Source of the DNA: Acidimicrobiales bacterium
Lineage (GTDB): Bacteria; Actinomycetota; Acidimicrobiia; Acidimicrobiales; JAHEJN01
Assembly: GCA_024638845.1 (NCBI GenBank)
Contig: JAHEJN010000001.1
Coordinates: 84,344-148,343 of the forward strand
Length of the DNA stretch: 64,000 bases
Direction: 5' to 3'
Position numbers and translations under genes: made by a program. This document shows, one piece after another, positions 21,762-31,404 of the stretch. The notes under the pieces are model-generated. The model worked only from the letters and a program-made list of their open reading frames with translations, did no database searches and had not been told where the DNA came from. How positions within the stretch are numbered: the first letter of the stretch is position 1; every line of letters starts with the position of its first letter.

Positions 21762-22333
21762 GAGGATTCGGGGGTAGGACGCTCGACGGCAGGGTTGTGG
21801 TTCCCGAGCGATTCGGCCAGGCGGGATCGGCCTCGAGCGATACGCGAGCGCACCGTGCCGGCGGGGATGGCGAGAGTCTCCGCGATCTCGGCATAGTCCA
21901 TACCCAGCTGGTCGCGCAGGACGATCGGGGCCAGGAACTCATCGGGGAGCTCGGCCAGGGCATCGTCGATGGCCATCCGCTCGACGACGCCGGTATCGAA
22001 GGCGGGGGAGGGGTCGACCTCCACTGCCGGATGGTCGGGAAGTCCGGGCACAGCACGGCGACCACGTCGACGCAGTTCGTCGAGACAGGCGTTCGTGGCA
22101 ACCCGATACAGCCATGTCGTGAACTTGGCCCGGCCGTCGAAGCGGTCGATACGTCGGGCGATGGTGATCAGGGCTTCCTGGGTCGCGTCGGCGGCGTCGG
22201 CGTCGTTGCCCGCCATTCGGCGGCAGATGGACCAGACGCGGTCGTAGTGACGTCGGAGCAGCGCGTCGAGCGCGGCCTGGTCACCGTCTCGTGCCGCTTC
22301 GGCGAGCGCAAGGTCACTGACCTCGGGACTGAT
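21758..22333 (-). CDS. ECF (group 4) RNA polymerase sigma factor, in the SigM-like position
   Basis: Region 2 is DQAALDALLRRHYDRVWSICRRMAGNDADAADATQEALITIARR and region 4 is MDYAEIAETLAIPAGTVRSRIARGR. The track ORF starts at ATG 22216, inside region 2. The conserved sequence continues upstream with no canonical start, so I provisionally use ATC 22333. Confidence 0.78.
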   Translation of the reverse strand: MSPEVSDLALAEAARDGDQAALDALLRRHYDRVWSICRRMAGNDADAADATQEALITIARRIDRFDGRAKFTTWLYRVATNACLDELRRRGRRAVPGLPDHPAVEVDPSPAFDTGVVERMAIDDALAELPDEFLAPIVLRDQLGMDYAEIAETLAIPAGTVRSRIARGRSRLAESLGNHNPAVERPTPESS

Positions 22334-22360
22334 GGGTGGATCGTAGTTTCCTGCCGTAGT

Positions 22361-23965
22361 TCAGCCGGGGAACAGGGTGATCTCGTTGATCTCGGCTCGT
22401 ACCGGGGGAGGACCATCACCGAGATCGGTGATCCACATCAACACCGCCCGAGCCGAGGTGCCACCGAGCTCGGCGCGCAGGCTGCCGTTGATACCGCTCT
22501 GGGTGACGAGGGCCGATCCCCAACCGGCTCTGCTGTCGGGAACCTCGTTGGCGAGGTAGAGCTCGGCCGCCCAGCCCTGGGTAGGGCTCTCGATCGTGAC
22601 CACGTCGACGGCAACCTCCTGGTCGAGCTCGATCACCACACCCACCCCCGCCTTGAGCCCGCCGAGATCGCGTGAGTCGTAGCCCTCCGTGGTCCAGCTC
22701 GTGGTCGGGTCGCCATCGACGGTGAGGGCCACGTCGGCATCGTTCTCACCGGGGACCCCGGTTCCCTCCGGGTCGAAGGTGCTGACCGCAACCACGCGCG
22801 GCGCGACGACCGGGCTCTCGGCCGTGTCGGCGTCGGAAGGGTCATCGGGGGGATCGACGTCGCCGAGGGCCGGCGTCGTCTCTTCTTCGAGGCCGACCGC
22901 CTCGCGAGCGCGGGTCACGGCACTGCGTCCGACATCGGTGGTGCCGATCAGCGCACCGGCGACCGCCAGCGCCACGGCGATCACGACGATGAGCACAGTG
23001 GGGACGATCCAGCGCCTCTCGGTGGTCAACAGCGCCGCTGGCGGTTCCGCGGCCACCAGCGTGGTCGAGTCGACGGGGGCCTCGGTGAGCACCGTGGCGT
23101 CGTCGGCCGCGAGGAGGGCTGCCCGCAGCTCGGCGGCCGACACATACCGATCGTCGGGCTCGCGAGCCATGGCTCGGTGCACCACCGCATCGAGGGAGGG
23201 AGGCACGGTTCCCCGTGAGCTCCGAACCCGCGGTGGGTCTTGGTGAAGTCGGGCCAGGGCGATGGCGAGGTTGGTGTCGCCGGAGAAGGGTGCCTGGCCC
23301 GTGAGGCACTCGTAGAGCACGACACCGAGGGCGTAGACGTCGGCGCGCCCGTCGACGGGCCCACCCTCGACCTGCTCGGGGGCCAGGTATTTCGCCGTGC
23401 CGATGAGCGTGCCGTGGTCGGTGAGATCCTGGCCGGCGTCGGGCTTGGCGATGCCGAAGTCGGTGACCTTCATGCGGCGGTCGTCGACGAGCATGATGTT
23501 GCCCGGCTTGATGTCGCGATGCACCAGCCCGGCCTGATGGGCGGCATGGATGGCTTCGGCCACCTGGGTGCCCAGCTCACGGGTGAGCTGCGGCGACAGC
23601 GAGCCGTGTTCGTCGAGGAAGGCGCGCAGATCGACGCCTTCGAGCAGTTCCATCACGATGGCTTCGACCCCGGGTTCGGTGACGGTGTCGAAGATCGACA
23701 CGATGCCGGGATGCGAGAGGCGGGCGGCGAGCCGGGCCTCTGACCGGAAGCGCTCGAGGAAGATCGGATCATCGGCCAGATGTCGAAGGAGCACCTTCAC
23801 CGCGACACGGCGACCGAGGACGCCGTCGTCGGCGGCCCAAACCTGAGCCATCCCACCCGTCGCGAGGAGCTCGACCAGCCGATAGCGACCGGCGAGCAGC
23901 CGGCCGGTGGTCACCGGATCGGCATGTCGGTCGGAGTTGCGCGCAGCGTGGTCGATGTCGGCCAC
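22361..23965 (-). CDS. Transmembrane Ser/Thr protein kinase with an extracellular discoidin/F5-8-type-C-like domain
   Basis: It has VAVKVL, the catalytic loop HRDIKPGNIML, DFGIA and APE. The TM helix is WIVPTVLIVVIAVALAVAGALIG. The C-terminal roughly 150 aa (DGDPTTSWTTEGY...AVLMWITDL) look like a carbohydrate-binding beta-sandwich. Confidence 0.88.
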   Translation of the reverse strand: MADIDHAARNSDRHADPVTTGRLLAGRYRLVELLATGGMAQVWAADDGVLGRRVAVKVLLRHLADDPIFLERFRSEARLAARLSHPGIVSIFDTVTEPGVEAIVMELLEGVDLRAFLDEHGSLSPQLTRELGTQVAEAIHAAHQAGLVHRDIKPGNIMLVDDRRMKVTDFGIAKPDAGQDLTDHGTLIGTAKYLAPEQVEGGPVDGRADVYALGVVLYECLTGQAPFSGDTNLAIALARLHQDPPRVRSSRGTVPPSLDAVVHRAMAREPDDRYVSAAELRAALLAADDATVLTEAPVDSTTLVAAEPPAALLTTERRWIVPTVLIVVIAVALAVAGALIGTTDVGRSAVTRAREAVGLEEETTPALGDVDPPDDPSDADTAESPVVAPRVVAVSTFDPEGTGVPGENDADVALTVDGDPTTSWTTEGYDSRDLGGLKAGVGVVIELDQEVAVDVVTIESPTQGWAAELYLANEVPDSRAGWGSALVTQSGINGSLRAELGGTSARAVLMWITDLGDGPPPVRAEINEITLFPG

Positions 23966-23992
23966 GTTAGAGCTCGCTCGGTGCCACGTGGG

Positions 23993-24841
23993 TCAGGCGG
24001 TGGCGGGAGTTGTGTAGGCGATCCCGACGATTCCCTGCCCGCCGTGGGTACCGATCACCGGACCGATCATGCCCATGCGGACACGGTCGAGGTCGATGAG
24101 GTCGCCGAGACTGGCAACGAATTCGTCGATGTCGGGGGCGGCTGCGTGCACGATGGCGAAGTTCTCGGCGTCGGGCGCCTCGGCGATCTTGTCGCGCAGC
24201 CAACCGAGCGCCCGCTTCCTCGTCCGTTGGCGTCCGGCTTCCTCGACCACGCCGCTGCTCAGATCGAGCAACGGCTTGATGGCCAGCATCGATCCCACGA
24301 GCGCCTTGGCTCCCCCGACCCGACCTCCCTTCTTCAGATTCTCGAGGGTGTCGAGCACGCCGTAGACGCGGGTTCGGTCGCGGAGATCCTCGACCAGTGC
24401 GACGACTTCGTCGGCCGACGCACCAGCCGCGGCGGCCTCGGCTGCCCTGAGGACGATGGTGCCCAGCCCGGCAGTGATCGTCCGCGAGTCGACCACGCGC
24501 ACGTCGAGCTCGGCGGCCATGGCGTCGGCGGCCGCCTTGGCCGACTGACCCGTGGCCGACAACTCGAACGACAGATCGATGCAGACGACCGCGGTAGCAC
24601 CCTGGTCGGCCATGGCCCGGAACTCCTGTTCGAAGCGACCGGGCGACGGCGCTGACGTCTCGGGCAGGCCGGCGAAGGAGGCCATGCGGGCGTAGAACGT
24701 CTCGGGATCGAGCTGTTCGCGATCAACGAACTCCTCGTCGCCGAACCGGATGTTCAACGGCACCACGCCGATGCCGGCTGCTTCGCTCTGGGCGTTGGTG
24801 AGGTCGCACGCGCTGTCGGTCACGATGCGCACATTGGTCAT
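23993..24841 (-). CDS. DegV family fatty-acid-binding protein
   Basis: 282 aa with N-terminal VRIVTDSACDL and an overall DegV pattern. Confidence 0.85.
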   Translation of the reverse strand: MTNVRIVTDSACDLTNAQSEAAGIGVVPLNIRFGDEEFVDREQLDPETFYARMASFAGLPETSAPSPGRFEQEFRAMADQGATAVVCIDLSFELSATGQSAKAAADAMAAELDVRVVDSRTITAGLGTIVLRAAEAAAAGASADEVVALVEDLRDRTRVYGVLDTLENLKKGGRVGGAKALVGSMLAIKPLLDLSSGVVEEAGRQRTRKRALGWLRDKIAEAPDAENFAIVHAAAPDIDEFVASLGDLIDLDRVRMGMIGPVIGTHGGQGIVGIAYTTPATA

Positions 24842-24867
24842 GGAGAAATCCTTCGTCGGTGCCAGGT

Positions 24868-26898
24868 TCAGACCTTCTGGGGCGTGGGCACGTTACGGGC
24901 CGGGTCAGCGTCGGCCACGATCAGGCGACGGTTCGGTCGCCGACTTCTCCGGGTGCGTATCCACCAGACGAGCAGGAACAGTAGTGCAATCCCGGCAATG
25001 ATCAGCCCGAGGCCGCTGAGGGCAGTGGACCGAATTCTCACCCGGGTCGAGTCGAGGGTGATGCCACGGTCGGGGGAGGAGAGAGTGAGGTCGAGGACGG
25101 AGTCGCCAGAGGTCCGAGCCGAGACGTCGAGGGAGATCTCGTGCACGCCCGGTGGGATGTCGACGACCACGCTGTCGCCTTCGGGGAACTCGAGCTTCTC
25201 GCTGCTCATCGACACGAGCAGCGACACGTCGCGACCGATTCCGTTCTCGATCACCACTGGAACGGCTCCATCGCGTGCGGCAAAGGTGATGCGTCGAGGC
25301 GGATCGATGAGGCGGATCGCCGCAATCGACTCGTTGACCTCGGCGGTGATCGCACGGAGGTACTGGTCGGACTGCGTGGCCGAGAGCCCGGTGGTGCCCG
25401 CGATGAGAAGCAGATCGTTCATCTCCGCGAGGGCCAGGTCGTCGGGGCCGACGAGGCGGGAGAAGCTGAACAGCGAGGCAGCCGCGGTGCTGTAGCGGCG
25501 GGAGAAGGCCGACAGGTCGAACGCGGGTGTGCTCTCGATCTCGCGATCGAGGATGAAGCCGAGGTCGGCGTTCTGGCCGCCCTCGAAGGCCGAACCCACG
25601 GTGTCGAACCACATGTCGACGGTGACCGGTACCAGGATCGGGTTCCCGTCGAGACCATCGAGCACGATGCGCAGCAGGCCTGCGTTGGCGCTCCAGTCGT
25701 CGGGCGGTGCCGCGATGACCCCGCGTGGCCGGCCGGGTTGATCGAAGAAGAGAACGGACATCTCGGCGAGGATCTGGTGCGCCGCCAACGTGGGATCGGC
25801 GCCGACGGCGAAACGGGTGGCGAGGGCCTCATCGATCGCCGCCGAGGGGTATCGCTGCCCGTTCGCGTCCTCGACCAGGAACTGCTGGGTCAGCGTCAGC
25901 GGGAAAGCAGACGGGTCGAGCGCCTCGAGCTGGTCATCCTCGAACACGATCTGCTCGTACCCGAGACCTCCGAGGGTCGCGAGGCTGTTGGGCGTCAACG
26001 TGCTCCCCGCCAGCCAGATGTTGGTTGCCGGTTGGATGCCGAGCAGATCGATGGTGGTCGTGAGGCCGGTGGCGAGAGCGTTGAGGTACTCGCTGTCGAG
26101 GCCGGCATCGAGCCATGCGGTGATGTCGAGATCGACGAAGGGCCTCGGCAACAGGAGCCGGCCGTTCAGGGCGTCTCGCAGCGCGTTGAGGCGAGCGTTG
26201 TCGAGCGAGCTCACGGTCTCGGGCGACACCGAAAGGGTTGCCGGCACGTCGGGCACCGCTCGGAGAGCCGACGTGAGCGAGTCGATGCTGCCCTGATCGG
26301 CAGGTGTGACCGCGACGACGCCGTCGGATTGGAGCGCCACGTCGGTCCGAAGGGGCACCGTGAGCGCAACGGCGAGCGGTTCCTCGCCGGCGAGGGTGTC
26401 GGGTACCAGCACGATGTGGGTGGTGAGGCGCGAGATCCGGGTGCCGTCGATGTCGAGCAGGGACACCTCGACCGGGTACACGCCGGGATCGACGAGCGTG
26501 AGGCGGCCCGGTTCGGGATCGACGGTGAGCGGCACCGAGAAGGAGACCTGCGACTGGCCGTCGAGCGCGCTCGACACCACGAGGAGTGGGAGATCGCGAG
26601 GCCCGTCGGTGATGCTCGATTCGAATTCACTGCGATTGTCGACCTTCGGGTGCACGGTGAGCTCGACACTCCCGCCGGCGGGTCCCTCGACGTCGAGGTC
26701 GATCTGGAAGACGCCGTCGGATCGGACCCATGAGGTCTGGGAGGCGACGCGGAGGTTGCCGGGAGCTCCGGCCCCCGCCTCGGGTGTCGGAGCGAGCGCG
26801 GTCACGAACGCAATCATCAGCACCAGGGCGACCAGCACGCGGGGGCTCGTGACGGCGACCCACCGGTCTTCAGGCATCGAGTCGCCGCTCCATGACAC
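24868..26898 (-). CDS. Large secreted, C-terminally anchored protein, DUF6049-like (Rv3909-like position)
   Basis: 676 aa with an N-terminal signal/TM segment (VLVALVLMIAFVTALAP) and a C-terminal TM (LGLIIAGIALLFLLVWWI). The family assignment rests on gene context and architecture only. Confidence 0.55.
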   Translation of the reverse strand: MSWSGDSMPEDRWVAVTSPRVLVALVLMIAFVTALAPTPEAGAGAPGNLRVASQTSWVRSDGVFQIDLDVEGPAGGSVELTVHPKVDNRSEFESSITDGPRDLPLLVVSSALDGQSQVSFSVPLTVDPEPGRLTLVDPGVYPVEVSLLDIDGTRISRLTTHIVLVPDTLAGEEPLAVALTVPLRTDVALQSDGVVAVTPADQGSIDSLTSALRAVPDVPATLSVSPETVSSLDNARLNALRDALNGRLLLPRPFVDLDITAWLDAGLDSEYLNALATGLTTTIDLLGIQPATNIWLAGSTLTPNSLATLGGLGYEQIVFEDDQLEALDPSAFPLTLTQQFLVEDANGQRYPSAAIDEALATRFAVGADPTLAAHQILAEMSVLFFDQPGRPRGVIAAPPDDWSANAGLLRIVLDGLDGNPILVPVTVDMWFDTVGSAFEGGQNADLGFILDREIESTPAFDLSAFSRRYSTAAASLFSFSRLVGPDDLALAEMNDLLLIAGTTGLSATQSDQYLRAITAEVNESIAAIRLIDPPRRITFAARDGAVPVVIENGIGRDVSLLVSMSSEKLEFPEGDSVVVDIPPGVHEISLDVSARTSGDSVLDLTLSSPDRGITLDSTRVRIRSTALSGLGLIIAGIALLFLLVWWIRTRRSRRPNRRLIVADADPARNVPTPQKV

Positions 26899-27568
26899 AG
26901 AGGTCGGTCGAGCGACGGGTGAAGCCGAGGTCTGCGTAGAACTGGAGGGCCGGAGTGTTGTCGGTCGCAGTGTTCACCAACATGGTGGTTGCGCCCCGCC
27001 GCGACGCCCACTGGCGGGCGTCGTCGACGAGATGTCGACCGAGGCCGACGCGCTGCCGGCTGGGATCGACGGCCAAGCGCTGGAGATACGCGGTCGTTCC
27101 GGCCACGCCGGTTATGGCGTACCCGAGCGGTTCCAGATCGGCTGCGACTCGGAATCGCGTGATCGGCGTTGCCTCGAGCGCGTCGACGAGAAGTGCGTGG
27201 TCGAATCGCCACAGCTCGGGGAAGCACCGTCGGTCGAGAGCCAGGATCTGGTCGTGATCACGGTGCCGGCCCCGCCGGACCTCGGGGGTCCGCGAGCGTG
27301 GAGCCCGCACGAGGGTGCAGTGCAACAGAGCGAGGCGCCCGGCGACGGTGAAGTCGTTGGCGATGAACGCAGCGGCCTCGACCGGGCTCAAGGCGGACGT
27401 CCGCACCCGGTCGATGCCCTCTCTGCTCAGTTCGTGGATCAACTCCTCGAGGGCGAGGGCGCAAAGGGGTCGGTCGCTGGCCGGGAAGAGGTGTACGCCC
27501 GTCGGGTTGTCGTGCCAGGGAGCGAGCCGCAATCCCTCACGCACGTCGGAGGTGCGGAGGTCAGCCAT
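26870..27568 (-). CDS. GNAT family N-acetyltransferase
   Basis: 232 aa with acetyl-CoA motif A LQRLAVDPSRQRVGLGRHLVDDA and C-terminal ALQFYADLGF. Confidence 0.75.
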   Translation of the reverse strand: MADLRTSDVREGLRLAPWHDNPTGVHLFPASDRPLCALALEELIHELSREGIDRVRTSALSPVEAAAFIANDFTVAGRLALLHCTLVRAPRSRTPEVRRGRHRDHDQILALDRRCFPELWRFDHALLVDALEATPITRFRVAADLEPLGYAITGVAGTTAYLQRLAVDPSRQRVGLGRHLVDDARQWASRRGATTMLVNTATDNTPALQFYADLGFTRRSTDLCVMERRLDA

Positions 27569-27653
27569 GGGCGCCTCGGTCGCAGCCGGAGATCATGGAG
27601 GACAGACTACGACCTCGGCACCGGAACGTTTCTCCGCCACTAACGTCGGGACC

Positions 27654-28664
27654 GTGAGCATTGCTCTGGTCACCGACGAACGTTTCACCGATCACCAGCC
27701 CGGACGACATCATCCCGAGCGGCCCCAACGGCTGCACGCGGTCCTGCGGGGGCTCGAGCCGTGGACTGACGCGCTGGTCCCTCTGGCGCCCACTCCGGTC
27801 GATGACGCATCGGTCCTGGCGGTGCACGACGAAGCCGTGCTGCACCGGGTCGTCGAGACGGCCGCCGCGGGAGGGGGTCGCATCGATGCCGACACCGTGA
27901 TGAGCCCCGGCTCGTTGGTCGCCTCCCGGCTGGCGGCCGGAGCCGGTCTGGTCGCCATCGACGCGGTGAGGCGTGGCGAGGCCGCCACTGCGTTCTGTGC
28001 CGTGCGACCACCGGGTCATCACGCAACCAGGTCGGTGTCGATGGGGTTCTGCCTGCTCAACAACATCGCAATAGCGGCCCGACATCTCGCCGCCCTCGGT
28101 GAGCGGGTCGCCATCGTCGACATCGACGCGCACCACGGCAACGGCACCCAGGATGTCTTCTTCGACGATCCCCGGGTGCTGTTCATGTCGATCCATCAGT
28201 ATCCGTGGTACCCGGGATCGGGTGCCCTGGACGAACGAGGCGTCGGCGAAGGCTTCGGGTCGACGCTGAATGTGCCCCTGCCCGCCGGTGCGGCCGGCGA
28301 CGTGTACCGCCGCGCCGTCGACGACGTGTTCGTGCCCGCCATCGAGAAATTCCGCCCCGACTGGGTGCTGGTGTCGGCCGGCTTCGACGCACACCGATCC
28401 GACCCGTTGACCGATCTCGGCCTGTCCGCCGGTGACTACCACGCCCTCGTGCAGCGGATCGTCGCGGCATCGCCGGTTCGGCGGGTGGTGGCGTTCCTCG
28501 AGGGGGGCTATGACCTCGAGGCGCTCACGGCATCCACGACCGCCCTGGTGGGAGCGCTGCTGGGCGAGACCCCCGCCCTCGAAGCCTCGACCAGTTCCGG
28601 CCCCGGGGCCGACGTCGTTGCCACAGCTGCGGCGTTGGTCTCCGCCGTGCCAACGGGTACTTGA
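27654..28664 (+). CDS. Histone deacetylase-family (class II HDAC/AcuC-like) deacetylase
   Basis: Motifs are RPPGHHA, DIDAHHGNGTQ and EGGYD. I moved the start to GTG 27654 (VSIALVTDERF...). The upstream 113 codons of the track ORF overlap the GNAT gene antisense. Confidence 0.85.
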   Translation: MSIALVTDERFTDHQPGRHHPERPQRLHAVLRGLEPWTDALVPLAPTPVDDASVLAVHDEAVLHRVVETAAAGGGRIDADTVMSPGSLVASRLAAGAGLVAIDAVRRGEAATAFCAVRPPGHHATRSVSMGFCLLNNIAIAARHLAALGERVAIVDIDAHHGNGTQDVFFDDPRVLFMSIHQYPWYPGSGALDERGVGEGFGSTLNVPLPAGAAGDVYRRAVDDVFVPAIEKFRPDWVLVSAGFDAHRSDPLTDLGLSAGDYHALVQRIVAASPVRRVVAFLEGGYDLEALTASTTALVGALLGETPALEASTSSGPGADVVATAAALVSAVPTGT

Positions 28665-29923
28665 CCGTGCCCTTCGCCCACCTCGGGGAGGTCGTCGACG
28701 AGATGGCGCCGATCGCCCGGGCGTTCCACGGCACGGGTCACCGGGTGTACCTGGTCGGGGGAGTGGTACGTGATCTCTGGCTCGATCTGCCGCTCGATCC
28801 TGCAACCGACATCGATCTGACGACCGACGCGGTTCCGGTCGAGACCAAAGCCATCGTGGGGCCGATCGCCGACGCAGTGTGGGCTCAGGGTGAGCGCTTC
28901 GGCACCATCGGCTTCCGGATCGGTGGTCGCGCCATCGAGGTGACCACCCATCGGTCCGAGGCCTACACCGCCGAGTCACGCAAACCCCACGTCGCCTTCG
29001 CGACCGAGATCGACACCGATCTCTCCCGGCGGGACTTCACCGTGAACGCGATGGCCATCGAGCTCCCGGCCGGTGAGCTCGTCGACCCGTTCTCGGGGGT
29101 CTCCGATCTCGTCGGTGGCCACCTCCGCACCCCGCTCGGTGCCGTCACGGCTTTCTCCGACGACCCGCTGCGCATGCTGCGCGCGGCGCGCTTCGCGGCG
29201 CGGTACGACCTCGCTCCGGCCGACGACGTGGTGCAGGCGATGACCGAGATGGCCGACCGGCTCGACATCGTGGCCGTCGAGCGAATCCGCGACGAGCTCG
29301 ACAAGCTGCTCGAGGTCGACGATCCCGGCGACGCCTTCCTCCTCTTGCACGCGACCGGGCTGCTTCGTCGGGTGTTGCCGGGCGTGGCCGCCGCCCTCGA
29401 CCGAGACGATCAGGCTCCCGTGCGAGCGGTCGGCCAGGCCGATCCTGCCGATGATCTCGCCCGGCTCGCAGCCCTCGCATGGTGGGACACGTCGGACCAT
29501 CGGCTGGCGGGGGTTCGGGCCTGGAGCGCGAGGATGCGCCTCCCGAACGCCGTGGCGGATTCGCTCGGAGCAATAGTTGTCGGGGCCGCCACGGTCGGCG
29601 ATGCGTTGGCGGGGGTACCCGCCAGCCGGCGCTGGGCCTTTCGCACCGGCCAACAGCGACAACGTGCCCTCGACCTCGCCCTGCGCGTCGACCACGATGC
29701 GACCCATCGGCTGATGGTTGTACTCGACCACCTGGCTGCGACCGAGGACCTCGACGATCCGGGCGTTCCCCTCGACGGCTCCGATGTCATGGAGCTCCTC
29801 GGCATCGGCCCCGGTCCACGGGTGGGGCAGGCGTTGGCCCACCTGCGAGACCTCCGGTTCGAGCACGGGCCACTGAGTGTGTCCGAGGCCCGAGCGGCAC
29901 TCGAATCGCTTTCGATGCGTTGA
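28661..29923 (+). CDS. CCA-adding tRNA nucleotidyltransferase / poly(A) polymerase family protein
   Basis: 420 aa with YLVGGVVRD, DIDLTT and RDFTVNA motifs. TTG 28661 overlaps the HDAC stop, and GTG 28667 is an alternative start. Confidence 0.85.
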   Translation: MTVPFAHLGEVVDEMAPIARAFHGTGHRVYLVGGVVRDLWLDLPLDPATDIDLTTDAVPVETKAIVGPIADAVWAQGERFGTIGFRIGGRAIEVTTHRSEAYTAESRKPHVAFATEIDTDLSRRDFTVNAMAIELPAGELVDPFSGVSDLVGGHLRTPLGAVTAFSDDPLRMLRAARFAARYDLAPADDVVQAMTEMADRLDIVAVERIRDELDKLLEVDDPGDAFLLLHATGLLRRVLPGVAAALDRDDQAPVRAVGQADPADDLARLAALAWWDTSDHRLAGVRAWSARMRLPNAVADSLGAIVVGAATVGDALAGVPASRRWAFRTGQQRQRALDLALRVDHDATHRLMVVLDHLAATEDLDDPGVPLDGSDVMELLGIGPGPRVGQALAHLRDLRFEHGPLSVSEARAALESLSMR

Positions 29924-29998
29924 TCGGTTCCACGGCGTACGGCACCCGATTGCCACCCTGGCCTCGCGTCCAGACCGATCGCGGCCTACTCTCGGGGC

Positions 29999-30388
29999 GT
30001 GCCCATCCGACCAGATGCCGTTTCCCGTGAGGGTTCACGTCCGGGTGAGATCGACTATCGACTCGCGCGCCTGGCGCTCGTCACCGAATATCGGGCCGGT
30101 CACCTGTCGGTGAACGACGTGTGTGACGCCCACCCCGAGCTCATTCGTGCGGCACAGCAGGTGGGCGAGCCCACCACCGATCTCTGTCCGATCTGCGAGG
30201 ACGCGAACCTCGTCATCGTGCGGTACGTGTTCGGCCCGCGGCTTCCCGCCCACGGCCGCTGTGTCACCACGGCCGCCGAGATGGAACGCCTTCGCCAGCG
30301 CAAGGGCGAGTTCACCGTGTACGCGGTCGAGGCCTGCCCCAGTTGCGCGTTCAATCACCTGCGGCGTTCGTACCCACTCAAGCGGTAG
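29999..30388 (+). CDS. Conserved actinobacterial Cys4 zinc-ribbon protein (DUF5318-like)
   Basis: 129 aa with CPICED...CPSCAF Cys pairs. The family name is recalled from memory, not verified. Confidence 0.5.
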   Translation: MPIRPDAVSREGSRPGEIDYRLARLALVTEYRAGHLSVNDVCDAHPELIRAAQQVGEPTTDLCPICEDANLVIVRYVFGPRLPAHGRCVTTAAEMERLRQRKGEFTVYAVEACPSCAFNHLRRSYPLKR

Positions 30389-30467
30389 ACGGTAGCGAGC
30401 CCCTCGCGGTACGATCTGCGCATCTGCCGGCAGCCTTCTGGGCGCTGGACTGAATGGAGACAACGAC

Positions 30468-31325
30468 ATGACCAAGCCCGTCACGGTTCCCGCGATCGCG
30501 GCCGCCAAGGTCCGCAACGGCGACGCCCCCCTCGTCATGCTCACGGCCTACGACGCCCCCGGAGCCCGCATGGTCGACGAAGCCGGAGCCGATCTGATCC
30601 TGGTCGGCGACTCGCTCGCCATGGTGGTGCTCGGCTACGACGACACCCTCCAGGTCACCGTCGACGACATGGCGCATCACACTGCGGCCGTCGCCCGGGC
30701 CAAGCCACGCGCGCTGATCGTCGGCGACCTGCCGTGGATGAGCTACCACGTCTCCGTCGAGGAGACCGTACGGAACGCAGCGCAACTCGTTCGCGCCGGC
30801 GCCGCGTGCGTCAAGCTCGAGGGCGGCGCCGAGCGCATACCGATGATCGAGGCGCTCATCTCGGCGCAGATCCCCGTGATGGGTCATCTCGGGCTCACGC
30901 CGCAGTCGGTCAACGCCTTCGGCGGATTCCGCGTCCAGGCCAAGAGCACCGAAGCCGCACTGCGACTCGTCGCCGAGGCCAAGGCCCTCCAACACGCAGG
31001 AGTGTTCGCCATCGTCATCGAGGGCGTCCCCGACGAGGTGGCAGCGCTCGTCACCGAGTCGCTCGACATACCGACCATCGGCATCGGTGCCGGCGCCTCC
31101 TGCGATGGCCAAGTGCTCGTCTTCCACGACGTCCTCGGTATCGAGGATCGGTTCGTGCCCAAGTTCGTGCGCCGCTATGCCGACGTGAAGTCGGTGGCGG
31201 TGGCGGCGTTGAAGGCCTATGCCGACGACGTGCGTTCCGGGGCGTTCCCCGACCACAGCGAGAGCTACCACCTCGACGAGGAGACCTCGACGGAGCTGGC
31301 CCTGTACGGCCGCTCGACCGATTAG
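30468..31325 (+). CDS. panB: 3-methyl-2-oxobutanoate hydroxymethyltransferase
   Basis: 285 aa with MLTAYDAPGARMVDEAGADLILVGDSLAMVVLGYDDT, VKLEGG and a GHLGLTPQ core. Confidence 0.93.
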   Translation: MTKPVTVPAIAAAKVRNGDAPLVMLTAYDAPGARMVDEAGADLILVGDSLAMVVLGYDDTLQVTVDDMAHHTAAVARAKPRALIVGDLPWMSYHVSVEETVRNAAQLVRAGAACVKLEGGAERIPMIEALISAQIPVMGHLGLTPQSVNAFGGFRVQAKSTEAALRLVAEAKALQHAGVFAIVIEGVPDEVAALVTESLDIPTIGIGAGASCDGQVLVFHDVLGIEDRFVPKFVRRYADVKSVAVAALKAYADDVRSGAFPDHSESYHLDEETSTELALYGRSTD

Positions 31326-31404
31326 TCGCCCGGGCCGACCTGCTCAGCCCACTCTGAGCGCCGGCTCGTCGCGGCGGCCGTACGCTGCTGTGGTGTTCTT
31401 GATC

